DNA of 19,434 nt, taken from contig JBFMGU010000202.1 in NCBI GenBank assembly GCA_040752415.1, positions 1 to 19,434 of the forward strand, in the 5' to 3' direction. Each line of letters begins with the position of its first letter. Position 1 is the first letter of the stretch. The stretch is from Myxococcota bacterium. GTDB taxonomy: Bacteria; Myxococcota; JACRCW01. The notes under the pieces are model-generated. The model did not search any database, was not told the DNA's origin, and was given only the letters and a program-made list of their open reading frames with translations. This document shows, piece after piece, positions 1-8,617 of this stretch. A program made the translations under genes and the position numbers.

Positions 1-305
1 GGACAGGCCGGCACGTTCCCCGACGTGGCACGGGTGCGGGCACCCTTTCGGACTGCGGCATGAAGTGCCGCTTTCCCTCGGAGTAGCGGGCGCCCTCTGC
101 CAGACGAAGGCCAAGCGGCGTGACAACTTCAACGGGAACCGCTGAAACTTATGCAACGACTAAGCTAAGTTGACATGGCCGCCGCGGGGGATGCGGAGCC
201 GTCGTCTCGAGCATCTTCCGCGGCCCAACCCGTCCGCCCCAACCCCACGCCTTTGGAGCCACAGGCCCGACAAGGTCTTCCGCGCCCCAACACATCCGCC
301 CCAGG

Positions 306-788
306 TCAGGCCGGAGCCGCACCCGGCGCCCCCGCCTCCCTCCCCCGCACCCGACGAGCGCCCTGGCGCAGCGTCACCACCGGCACGTCGGCGTTGCGCA
401 CCACGTGATGGGCGGTGCTGCCCAGGAACGCCTGGCTGAGCGGCCCGCGCCCGTGCGTGGCCATCACAATGGCGTCGACGTCCAGGCGCTCGGCGGCGGA
501 CAGGATGGCGTCGCCCACGTTGCCGCCGGAGACCACCTGGATGTCCGCCGGGATGCCCGCGCGCCGCGCCGCCTCCTCCAGCCTGGCGCGAACCTGCGAC
601 ACGTTCTCCGTCATGGACACCAGCGGCAACGCCGGCACCAACGGATCCGCGGCCAACACCGGCGGCGCCACCACCACGTGCAGCAGGATGATCTTCGCGT
701 GGTCCAGCTCGGCCAGGCGCGCGGCCCAGCTCAGTGCCTGGTCTCCGCCGGCGGCGAGATCGTGGGCGACAAGCACACTGCGGAACAT
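306..788 (-). CDS. Universal stress protein (UspA family)
   Basis: N-terminal MFRSVLVAHD strand, 'IILLHVV', and C-terminal 'DAIVMATHGRGPLSQAFLGSTAHHVVRNADVPVVTL', the Usp signature. GAGG lies just upstream of the ATG. Confidence 0.93.
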   Translation of the reverse strand: MFRSVLVAHDLAAGGDQALSWAARLAELDHAKIILLHVVVAPPVLAADPLVPALPLVSMTENVSQVRARLEEAARRAGIPADIQVVSGGNVGDAILSAAERLDVDAIVMATHGRGPLSQAFLGSTAHHVVRNADVPVVTLRQGARRVRGREAGAPGAAPA

Positions 789-905
789 GGCGCCACCTCG
801 GGGGGACTCCGTCGTGAGGTCTCCTCGAAGGTGGAGGTACCGGCGGCAACGTGCACCCGCCAGCGGCTGGGTATCTGGTGTGAAGCCGTGGATGCGGGAG
901 CACCG

Positions 906-1433
906 TCAGACGCGGCCGCGCGCCAGCTGCAACTGCTTGGCCACGTCGGTGGCGAGGGAGCGCGTCTCATCGCGGGTGATCTTCCCGTCGCCGTTGTCAT
1001 CCAGCGCGTGCACGCCGATCTTCGCGGCAATGTCCGCCTTGGTGCCGGACATGGACACGCCGGCCGCTTCCAGTTGCGGCTCGATCATGTCCTTGAGCTC
1101 ATCCTTGACCACCGCGCCGTCGTGGTTGGCGTCCGCCTTGGTGACCAGGTCATCCGCGGCGCGCACCACGTCGGCGGGGGTGGCGTCCTTGGCCGCGCCG
1201 GGGATCAGGTTCTGGCCCTTGGCCGCGAACTCGTCCCAACCCACCTTGCCGTTCTTGTCGGTGTCGAAGGTGTCCATGAACGCATCCACCGCGCCCGACA
1301 CCTTCTTCCCCGCGAACATCCCCTCCCCGACCTTGGCGTCCTCCACGAACTTCTTGACTTCCGCCTTGTCCAGCGCGCCGTCGCGGTTGACGTCGACGCG
1401 ATTGAAGATGCCGCGCAGGGTGGGACCGGTCAT
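906..1433 (-). CDS. Four-EF-hand calcium-binding protein
   Basis: Four 12-residue loops: DVNRDGALDKAE, DTDKNGKVGWDE, DANHDGAVVKDE, DDNGDGKITRDE. SD AAGGAG upstream; no signal peptide. Confidence 0.9.
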   Translation of the reverse strand: MTGPTLRGIFNRVDVNRDGALDKAEVKKFVEDAKVGEGMFAGKKVSGAVDAFMDTFDTDKNGKVGWDEFAAKGQNLIPGAAKDATPADVVRAADDLVTKADANHDGAVVKDELKDMIEPQLEAAGVSMSGTKADIAAKIGVHALDDNGDGKITRDETRSLATDVAKQLQLARGRV

Positions 1434-1585
1434 GGAACGCTCCTTCAGGTCCGGTATCGGCGTGGGAAGCTCGCCGTCCGTCGGACAAAGTGAGGATACC
1501 CCACCGCGTGTACGGCGCCACCTCGCAGCGCGTCAGAGAGCCCGCAAGCAATGCGCGACTCCGGCATCCCACATCACACCCGTCG

Positions 1586-4500
1586 TCACTCGCACCGGTC
1601 ACGCCAGACGTCGACGCGGTCCTGCTTGCCCGGGTGCGCGGCGCCGAACGCGTAGCGGTTGGTGGCCTCCAGGCACCCGTTCCACTTCTCCACCGTCTCC
1701 CAGGCGCCGCGCGTGTACTTGTATTCAAACCACTGCCCGCGCGGGACCTCCACCTCGCCGTACGCGCGGTCCATGCCCGGTGCCCAGGTCAGCGGCAGGT
1801 GCTGCCAACCCTGCGCGGAAGTGGCGACGTGGATGGTGCTTCCCGCCGGCGTGTCCTGCGGCACCACCACTTCCAGGGGCACCCGCACCGTCGGGGAGAG
1901 CGCGGTGATGGAGGTGTCGTAGCGCAGCTCCAGCGCAAAGGGCGCCTGCTCGGGGAACGCCACGAGGAGGCCGCGGTCGGCGGCATCCCAGGCCCAGCCG
2001 GTCCCCTGGGTCAGCAGCTCGTCGAGGGTGGCGCGCTCCGGTACCGCGGCGCCGTCGAGAAACACGCCCTGCGCGGGATGATCGGCGGGGCGCACGCGCA
2101 CCAGCAGCGTCCGTGGCGCCGGCGTGAACGTCCCTTCCGGCACCGCAGCCTCCACCACCGCCCCCAGCGCCGTGCGCTGCGTCCGATAGGTCACCCGACG
2201 ATGCGCTCCCGAAGCGTACGCGAACGAGCTCCCGTCATCCTCGTACAGCGTGAAGCTGGTGGGCTCGTCGGCGGGATGGATATCCAGCGTGAGTGGACCG
2301 GACTTCGGCGCGTCGGTGTGGGGCATGGCCGGGCCGTGCGGGATGATGGCGCCGGGCCGCACGAACGCGGGCAGGGATTCCAGGCGCACGTCGAGGGTGA
2401 CGGTGCCGGGTCCGTCGTGGAGCGCGCCGGAGCGGTACTCCATCCAACGGCCCGCGGGCAGGTACACGCTGCGTGTGGTGGCTGATGACGTCGTCACCGG
2501 GGCGTAGAGGAGCCACGGGCCCAGCATGGCGGCGTCGGAGATGGTGGCGGTGGCGGAGTCGTCCTGGTGCTCGTAGACCATGGGGCGCAGCACGGGGGCG
2601 CCGGTGCGGGTGGCCTGGTCAAAGAGGCTGTAGAGGTAGGGGAGCAGCCGGTAGCGCTCGGTGATGAGCGTGCGGGAGATGTATTCCACCTCGACGCCAA
2701 AGGCCCATGGTTCCTGGTCGTTCACACCGGTGGTGACGTGACCCCGGAAGAACGGCGAGATGGTCCCCAGCGCCATCCAACGCGCGAACAGCTCTGCGCT
2801 GGCGTTGCCCGAGTACCCGCCCACGTCGCTGCCCACGAAGGTCAGGCCCGAGAGCCCCATGTTGAGCAGCATGGGCAACGTGGTGCCCAGCGTGTCCCAG
2901 GTGGAGGGCGCATCTCCGGTCCACACCGCGGCGTAGCGCTGGATGCCCGCGTATCCCGCGCGGGAGAGCACGAAGGGCCGTCGCTCCGGCGCCGCCGCGC
3001 GCAGTCCCTCGTAGCTCGCCCGGGCCATCTGGTGCGCGTAGATGTTGTGCGCCTCCGCCATGGTGGTGGGGATGCCGTCTCCGTCGACACCCAGGTCATC
3101 CGGCACCGTGCCCCCGCTGCCCGCGACGAAGTTGGACGGCTCATTCATGTCAATCCACAGACCGCGGATGCCGTGCGTGGTGGCGCGCGGAATGAGCGTG
3201 CTCCACCAGGCGCGCGTGGCGGCGCGGGTGAAGTCCGGGAACAGCGCACGGCCGGGCCACACCTCCCCGACGTACGGCGTGCCCTGCGGCGTGGCGAGGA
3301 AGTGCGCGCCGCTGATGCCCTGCTGGTAGATGTCCCAGCTCGCGTCCTCCTTGATGCCCGGGTCCACGATGATCACCGCCTTGAAGCCCAGGCCCTCCAC
3401 GGTGGCGACGAGACCGCTGGGATCCGCGTAGCCCACCGGGTCGAACGTGAAGGAGCGGAAGCCGTCCATGTGCTGGATGTCCAGCCAGATGCCGTCGGCC
3501 GGAATGCCGCGGTTGCGGAACTCCTGCATCACCTCCGTGACGCGCGCCGCCGTCGGGTAGCCCCAGCGCGACTGGTGGTAGCCCAGCGCCCAGCGCGGCG
3601 GCAGCGGCATGCGCCCCGTGAGCCAGGTGTAGCGCTCCACCACGTCGGAGAGGCGCGGCCCGACGAGAAGGTACTGGTCCACCGCCCCACCCCACGCGGT
3701 GAGCGTCACCTGGTCCGCGGCCGACGACGCCACGTCCAGCTGCATGCGGTGCGTGTTGTCGGTGAAGACGCCGTGCGCACGCCCCGCGCGCAGGCTGATG
3801 AGGAGCGGAATGGACTGGTAGAGCGGGTCCGCGTCCGCGGGATAGCCGCCGTACTCCGACACGTACGCGTCGGTGTTCCAGAACGTGTACACGTCGCCAC
3901 GCTTGTCGAGCGGGCCGGTGCGCTCGCCCAGGCCGTAGAAGTGCTCGCCCAGCTCCGCCCGTCGGGTGAGCGTGCGCCTCCCGGTGAGTGCGTCCTCGCG
4001 GTAGCCGCCCTCCGCACCATCCTCGACGAGCACCGCGCCGCCCTCATCCCGCGCCACCAGGCGACACGCGTCATCCAGCGTCACGCCCATGCGCGCGGTG
4101 CACAGGGCGAAGGCCCCGTCGCGGCTGCCGGCCTGCACCGGCGGAGCCGTCCCGCTCGCCACCACGGCCCACGACGCACGCTCCGTCACCGGCAGCGCAC
4201 CGGTGTAGCGCAAGCGCACCACTCCGTCGTCGATCGGCTGCACCAGCACCGTGGTGGTGTCGCAGGTGATGCGCCAGCCGTCGGAGCTCGGGGTGGCGTG
4301 GGCGGGCAACGTGCTGGTGGTGGGACAGCCCGCACGCACCGGCACCCCGGCGTCACCCTGCCCTGCGTCGCTCGCGTCGGGGCGCGCGGCGTCGGGAACC
4401 GCGGCGTCCGGCGACACCGTGGCGTCGGGAGCGCCCGCATCCGTCCTCCCGGCATCTGCCGCGCTGGCGTCCCCGCGCGATCCATCGGAGCGGGCGGCAT

Positions 4501-4666
4501 CGACGGTGGCGGCGTCGGGAAGCGGTGACTGCGCGTCGGGGACCGCGGCATCCGGTGTGGCGCCGCCGTCGGGCGCGGGCGTTTCGACGACGGCAGCGTC
4601 GGTGGAAGTGGGTCCACCCACGCAGGCCACGAGCATCAGCAACGGAACCGGGCGCAGCAGCTTCAT
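1586..4666 (-). CDS. Lipoprotein glycoside hydrolase family 31 (alpha-glucosidase-like) with C-terminal CBM20-like module
   Basis: GH31 motifs HFYGLGE, LGYHQSRWGY, IWLDI, WIDMNEP (nucleophile), WTGD (acid/base), GSDVGGY, EPW. Start set at MKLLRPVPLLMLVAC (ATG at 4666, lipobox LVAC) rather than 4774. A PDAA-rich linker follows; the tail 'VVVPQDTP...FEYKYTRGAWETVEK...NR...W' is CBM20-like. Confidence 0.92.
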   Translation of the reverse strand: MKLLRPVPLLMLVACVGGPTSTDAAVVETPAPDGGATPDAAVPDAQSPLPDAATVDAARSDGSRGDASAADAGRTDAGAPDATVSPDAAVPDAARPDASDAGQGDAGVPVRAGCPTTSTLPAHATPSSDGWRITCDTTTVLVQPIDDGVVRLRYTGALPVTERASWAVVASGTAPPVQAGSRDGAFALCTARMGVTLDDACRLVARDEGGAVLVEDGAEGGYREDALTGRRTLTRRAELGEHFYGLGERTGPLDKRGDVYTFWNTDAYVSEYGGYPADADPLYQSIPLLISLRAGRAHGVFTDNTHRMQLDVASSAADQVTLTAWGGAVDQYLLVGPRLSDVVERYTWLTGRMPLPPRWALGYHQSRWGYPTAARVTEVMQEFRNRGIPADGIWLDIQHMDGFRSFTFDPVGYADPSGLVATVEGLGFKAVIIVDPGIKEDASWDIYQQGISGAHFLATPQGTPYVGEVWPGRALFPDFTRAATRAWWSTLIPRATTHGIRGLWIDMNEPSNFVAGSGGTVPDDLGVDGDGIPTTMAEAHNIYAHQMARASYEGLRAAAPERRPFVLSRAGYAGIQRYAAVWTGDAPSTWDTLGTTLPMLLNMGLSGLTFVGSDVGGYSGNASAELFARWMALGTISPFFRGHVTTGVNDQEPWAFGVEVEYISRTLITERYRLLPYLYSLFDQATRTGAPVLRPMVYEHQDDSATATISDAAMLGPWLLYAPVTTSSATTRSVYLPAGRWMEYRSGALHDGPGTVTLDVRLESLPAFVRPGAIIPHGPAMPHTDAPKSGPLTLDIHPADEPTSFTLYEDDGSSFAYASGAHRRVTYRTQRTALGAVVEAAVPEGTFTPAPRTLLVRVRPADHPAQGVFLDGAAVPERATLDELLTQGTGWAWDAADRGLLVAFPEQAPFALELRYDTSITALSPTVRVPLEVVVPQDTPAGSTIHVATSAQGWQHLPLTWAPGMDRAYGEVEVPRGQWFEYKYTRGAWETVEKWNGCLEATNRYAFGAAHPGKQDRVDVWRDRCE

Positions 4667-4718
4667 GGCCGGCCTGCGTACGCGTGGCGGCGTGGTGATG
4701 CAATTCGCGCTGCATCCG

Positions 4719-5204
4719 TCAGCGGGCGCGCGCGGAGAGCTGCATGGCAAAACGCGCCACCGGCTCGTCGCCAAACCGCGAAGGCACCGTGGCCACCACC
4801 GTGAGCGTGGCGCTCTCCCGCTCCCCGCTCCTGAGCGCGCGGTCCACCAGCGCCCGCACCACCTGCCCGTCGCGACAGGTGAACCAGGTGTCCCCGTCGC
4901 AGCGTTTGAGGAAGTCCGCGCGCATGTCCCGGAAGACCAGCTTCACGCGGTTGCCGCTCTTCCACGCCAGGTCCATGGCCATGAGCCCACCGGCGCAATC
5001 CGCACCCGTGCACAAGGCGCCAATGTACATGGACCCCACGTGGTTCCGGGTGCGCCAGCCCAAGGGGATGCGCAGCGTCACCTCGTCGTCGTCGTAGCGG
5101 ACCACCACCGGGCGCACGAACATGATGAGCGGAATGCGCGTCAGCGCCACGGCGGCCAGGAAGACATTGGCGCGCGCCACCGGCGGCAGGAAGTCCAGGA
5201 CCAT
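4719..5204 (-). CDS. Hotdog-fold thioesterase-like protein (DUF4442/PaaI-like)
   Basis: 'IPLGWRTRNHVGSMYIGALCTGADCAGG' followed by 'LVFRDMRADFLKR', a typical hotdog helix and strand pattern. Confidence 0.8.
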   Translation of the reverse strand: MVLDFLPPVARANVFLAAVALTRIPLIMFVRPVVVRYDDDEVTLRIPLGWRTRNHVGSMYIGALCTGADCAGGLMAMDLAWKSGNRVKLVFRDMRADFLKRCDGDTWFTCRDGQVVRALVDRALRSGERESATLTVVATVPSRFGDEPVARFAMQLSARAR

Positions 5205-5498
5205 GGACCGGCGACGCTACCACGCTCATCCCAAGGCCCAACGTCTCGTGGGAAGGGAAACCACGGTGATCCGCAGCGCGACGCCGCGCTTTTGGGGAAA
5301 TGATCCGCGGTGCGGCGGTGACGAACGCCGAAGCGCATAATGTGTCCTGGGAGGGACCTCGGACATCCTGGTGATGCTCTCGCTTGAAACGCTCAAGCGA
5401 CGACGCGCCGGGATTCCTTCGTTCCAGCCGCCCGCCGTTCCGAGACATTCATCCGTCCGAGGCCACTTCCACGTGGCGCTCCGACCCGCAGGCTTCCT

Positions 5499-6008
5499 AT
5501 GCGGCATCCTGTTCAGGCGCTGCTGCTGGCGTCGTTGGTCGCGGTTGGCTTCACCGGCCTGGCATGCGCGACGCCCGGCGAGAGAAAGACCTACGAGCCA
5601 CCCACGCGCTCCATCCCCGCCAGCCAGGATGCCGTGCTGGACGCCGTCCTGCGCCACGTGAAGCAGCAGGGCTGGTCGGTGGTGCGCGCGGACCGAGTTG
5701 CCGGCCTGGTGGAGACGGTGACGCCGGAGAAGCTGGAAGACGGGGTGCGCTCGCGGGAGCGGTGGTACTTCCTCGTCGGGGAGAGCCAGCTGCAGGCGCG
5801 CCTGGTGCTGGAGGTGCAGTGGGAGCCCTACCGGTCGCCCTGGGAGTCCGAGCCCGACGTGGTGTGTGACGAGTACGGCTACTACCGGGAGACGCAGCAC
5901 CTGGAGGACATTGCGCGCCTGGCCTCCGTTCCCTCGGAGCAGGAGACCGCGCTGGGGCCGGACAACCTGATCATCCTCCGCTGGCGCTGGCCCCTGGCCG
6001 AGCCGTGA
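5499..6008 (+). CDS. Hypothetical lipoprotein
   Basis: Signal peptide ending in GLAC, strong GC3 codon bias, and an alpha/beta pattern 'AVLDAVLRHVKQQGWSVVRADRVAGLVET'. Function not recognised. Confidence 0.75.
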   Translation: MRHPVQALLLASLVAVGFTGLACATPGERKTYEPPTRSIPASQDAVLDAVLRHVKQQGWSVVRADRVAGLVETVTPEKLEDGVRSRERWYFLVGESQLQARLVLEVQWEPYRSPWESEPDVVCDEYGYYRETQHLEDIARLASVPSEQETALGPDNLIILRWRWPLAEP

Positions 6009-6066
6009 CGCTGCCGCGTGCCCCGTCGTGGTAGAGGCCGCGGGACCACCCCTCGAGGAAGCCCGC

Positions 6067-6855
6067 ATGAGCCAGCCCTCCGTCCACGTGAAGATCGACG
6101 AACACGGTGTTGCCACCCTGACCCTGGACGACGCGCCGCGACGCAACGCCATGACCGAGGCGCTGGGCGACCGTCTGTCCGAGGTGGTGGAGCGTGTGCG
6201 GAAGGATGCGGCGTTGCGCGCGGTGGTGCTGACCGGCGCGGGCGACGCGTTCTCCGCCGGCGGCGACCTGGCCATGCTGGAGCACCTGCGCACCGTGGGC
6301 GACGCGACGGCACGCGAGCACATGCTGGCCTTCTACGCGCGCTACCTGCGCATCCTGGACTTCACGGTTCCCGTGGTGGCGGCGGTGCGGGGTCCGGCCA
6401 TTGGCGCGGGGCTGTGCGTGGCCATTGCCTGCGACGTGGTGGTGATGGACCAGGACGCCAAGCTGGCCTTCAACTTCGTGAAGCTGGGCCTGCACCCGGG
6501 GATGGGCGCCACCTACTTCCTGCCGCTGCGCGTGGGCCTGCAGCGCGCCACGGAATTGCTCACCACGGGTCGACGCTTCACCGGCCGGGACGCCGTGACG
6601 ATGGGCCTGGCGCTGGAGGCGGTGCCGGGCACCGAGGTGCTGCCGCGCGCGCAAGCGTTGGCGCGGGAGATGGCGCAGTCCGCGCCGGTGGCGGTGCAGC
6701 TGGTGAAGAAGGCGCTGGGCGTGGACCGGGAGGCGCTGCGTGCCGCGTTGGAGGTGGAAGCACAGCACCAGGCCCGCACCTACGCCTCCGAGGACATGGC
6801 GGAGGGATTGCGCGCGGCCAAGGAGAAACGGGAGGCGCGTTTCGTGGGTCGCTGA
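6067..6855 (+). CDS. Enoyl-CoA hydratase/isomerase (crotonase) family protein
   Basis: 'VVLTGAGDAFSAGGDL', 'PVVAAVRGPAIGAG', 'FVKLGLHPGMGATYFLP', C-terminal 'EGLRAAKEKREARF'. ATG at 6067 follows GAGGAA. Confidence 0.93.
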   Translation: MSQPSVHVKIDEHGVATLTLDDAPRRNAMTEALGDRLSEVVERVRKDAALRAVVLTGAGDAFSAGGDLAMLEHLRTVGDATAREHMLAFYARYLRILDFTVPVVAAVRGPAIGAGLCVAIACDVVVMDQDAKLAFNFVKLGLHPGMGATYFLPLRVGLQRATELLTTGRRFTGRDAVTMGLALEAVPGTEVLPRAQALAREMAQSAPVAVQLVKKALGVDREALRAALEVEAQHQARTYASEDMAEGLRAAKEKREARFVGR

Positions 6856-6931
6856 GGGCGCCGGGGTGCTTGCCGGGATTGCGTGACCTCGCTACCTCAG
6901 CCGAAACCCGCGGTGGCGGAGGGGAGAGACC

Positions 6932-7354
6932 ATGGTGAAGCGCATCAACCTCACTGAGGAGGAGTGGCGACGTCGTCTGACCCCGGAGGAGTTCCAGGTG
7001 CTGCGCAACCACGGCACGGAGCGCGCGTGGAGCGGTTGCTTCCTGGGCACCCGGGAACCCGGTACCTACGTGTGCGCCGGCTGCGGCAACCCGCTGTTCA
7101 AGAGCGGGCAGAAGTTCGAGTCGGGCACCGGCTGGCCTTCCTTCACGCAGCCCGTGGCCAAGGACGCGCTCACCGAGGTGGTGGACCGCTCCCACGGCAT
7201 GGTCCGCACCGAGGTCCGCTGCGCCGCGTGCGACGGACACCTCGGCCACGTCTTCCCCGACGGACCGCCGCCCACCGGCCTGCGCTACTGCATGAACTCC
7301 GTGGCCATGAAACACGTCCCGGAAGGAGAGCCGATCCGCCCGCTGGCGTCGTGA
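6932..7354 (+). CDS. msrB: Peptide-methionine (R)-S-oxide reductase
   Basis: GTE, CAGC/CAAC Zn pairs, [21 protein letters not shown], and catalytic RYCMNS. SD GGAG/GGGAG upstream. Confidence 0.97.
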   Translation: MVKRINLTEEEWRRRLTPEEFQVLRNHGTERAWSGCFLGTREPGTYVCAGCGNPLFKSGQKFESGTGWPSFTQPVAKDALTEVVDRSHGMVRTEVRCAACDGHLGHVFPDGPPPTGLRYCMNSVAMKHVPEGEPIRPLAS

Positions 7355-7484
7355 GCTGCCCATGTGGGTGAGGCTGCCGAACACGTCGGCGGCTGCGTCG
7401 GAATCATCTGCCCATGTCGGCGAGTGCTGGCGAGCACCCCATACTACCTGGTTTCCTATTCGACGACTCTCGTACTCCTCAGCT

Positions 7485-7765
7485 GCGTCAGACCAGGATG
7501 CCCAGCGGGATTGCGGACGTCGTGAGCGGGCCACGACCTGGAGTGCGGCGGGCTCTCGCCGCCCTGGTCAGCGTCGCGCGGTTTGGACAACCGTCAAGGC
7601 TCCACGCGCCACGAGACAACGCCTCGCCCGACGTCATTGAGCGCCAGGGCTGTTCGGCCCGTTGTGAACGCGTTCGGCGCTGACCAGGGCGGCGAGGGCC
7701 CGCCGCACTCCAGGTCGCGGCCAGCTCACGACGTCCGCATCCCGATGGGCATCCTGGTCTGACGC
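7485..7765. repeat. Long inverted repeat pair (arms 7485-7573 and 7678-7765), REP/REPIN- or MITE-like
   Basis: The left arm GCGTCAGACCAGGATGCCC...GCCCTGGTCAGCG matches the reverse complement of the right arm with 4 substitutions and 1 indel over 89 bp. The spacer is 104 bp. It lies between convergent genes. Confidence 0.9.
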
Positions 7766-7809
7766 CGCCCCTGAACGAGCCCCCCACGCTCAAGCCGATG
7801 CGCCGCTCC

Positions 7810-8490
7810 TCACGCATCCTGCACGTGCACCGTGAGCCTCAGCACCAATCCCTGCAGCCCCGCCACGTCCAGCACCAACGTGCTCACCGTGCCGTCCTTC
7901 ACTCCCGGCGGGATGAGCACCTTCATGGGCTGCTCATGCGTGTACTTCCCGGTGTTCTCGCACCCCGCGCAGTAGGCCTCCGGCGCCGGCTCCCCGCGAC
8001 ACAACGCACACGTGGTCTGCACCGGCAGCATCACCACCACCTCGCCACCCTCGCGCGCTTCCCGCGGGCCCAGCATCAGCTGCACGTCCACCTCCCCGGA
8101 GGCCACGTCGGCGGGGGAGATGAGCGGCGCATTGCCTTCCCGCGGGGGCGGCTCCGGCACGCCGTACAACAGGTGTGAGGCCTTCATCACCGAGCCCATC
8201 AGGTCCATGGGGCGCCGCACGCGACCGCCGAACGCCGGGTCCAGCGCGTAGGGCGGCAGGAACGCTTCCCCCTCCGCCTCGCCGGCGTCGGGGAGGGTGG
8301 TGTGCTCCTCGTCGTAGGCGGCGCGCCGGGTGGCATCCATGAGCAGCTCATAGGCCGCGCGCAGCTCCATGAGGCGCGTGGTGGTGATGGGCTGCTGCAG
8401 CATCAGCTTGCGGTAGGCGGCACGGATCTCCTGGTCGGTGGCTTCCCGACCCACGTGCAAGATGGCGTACGGATCGCGCTGGACCTCCAT
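7810..8490 (-). CDS. DnaJ-like protein: J-like domain lacking HPD, one Cys4 Zn-finger unit, partial DnaJ C-terminal domain
   Basis: 'DPYAILHVGREATDQEIRAAYRKL...AYELLMDATRRAAYD'; CALCRG and CAGCENTG; 'MKVLIPPGVKDG'. ATG at 8490 is preceded by GGAGG. Confidence 0.85.
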   Translation of the reverse strand: MEVQRDPYAILHVGREATDQEIRAAYRKLMLQQPITTTRLMELRAAYELLMDATRRAAYDEEHTTLPDAGEAEGEAFLPPYALDPAFGGRVRRPMDLMGSVMKASHLLYGVPEPPPREGNAPLISPADVASGEVDVQLMLGPREAREGGEVVVMLPVQTTCALCRGEPAPEAYCAGCENTGKYTHEQPMKVLIPPGVKDGTVSTLVLDVAGLQGLVLRLTVHVQDA

Positions 8491-8617
8491 GACGGCATCC
8501 TCCACCGCCCCCTCGTGGCGTCACGAGGTCTTAGAAGCGCGCCACGACCCCGGCAATGACGACGTCCCGAATGCGTGGACACCGGGCCGCCGTGTTTTGC
8601 GCAGCGCTTAGCTCCAC

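Noticed and set aside
120..180. AACGGGAACCGCTGAAA resembling a cobalamin riboswitch start; imperfect dyad ATGCAAC...GTTGACAT
   Set aside because: The rest of the B12 element is missing and no plus-strand gene follows. The dyad may serve a gene left of the window but cannot be assigned.
4667..4774. Extended N-terminus of the GH31 ORF
   Set aside because: It overlaps the hotdog-fold gene; the start at 4666 yields a proper lipoprotein signal.
5300..5450. 6S RNA (CTTGAA...TCAAG hairpin)
   Set aside because: No single rod with a central bubble could be built by eye, and the usual zapA/ygfA context is absent.
7485..7573. Repeat arm as a tRNA or CRISPR repeat
   Set aside because: No T-loop GTTCRA, D-loop or CCA end; no regularly spaced direct repeats and no cas genes.
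7362..7817. Two opposing small ORFs sharing 'TWSAAG.RRPGQRR'
   Set aside because: A by-product of the DNA inverted repeat; no SD or codon bias.
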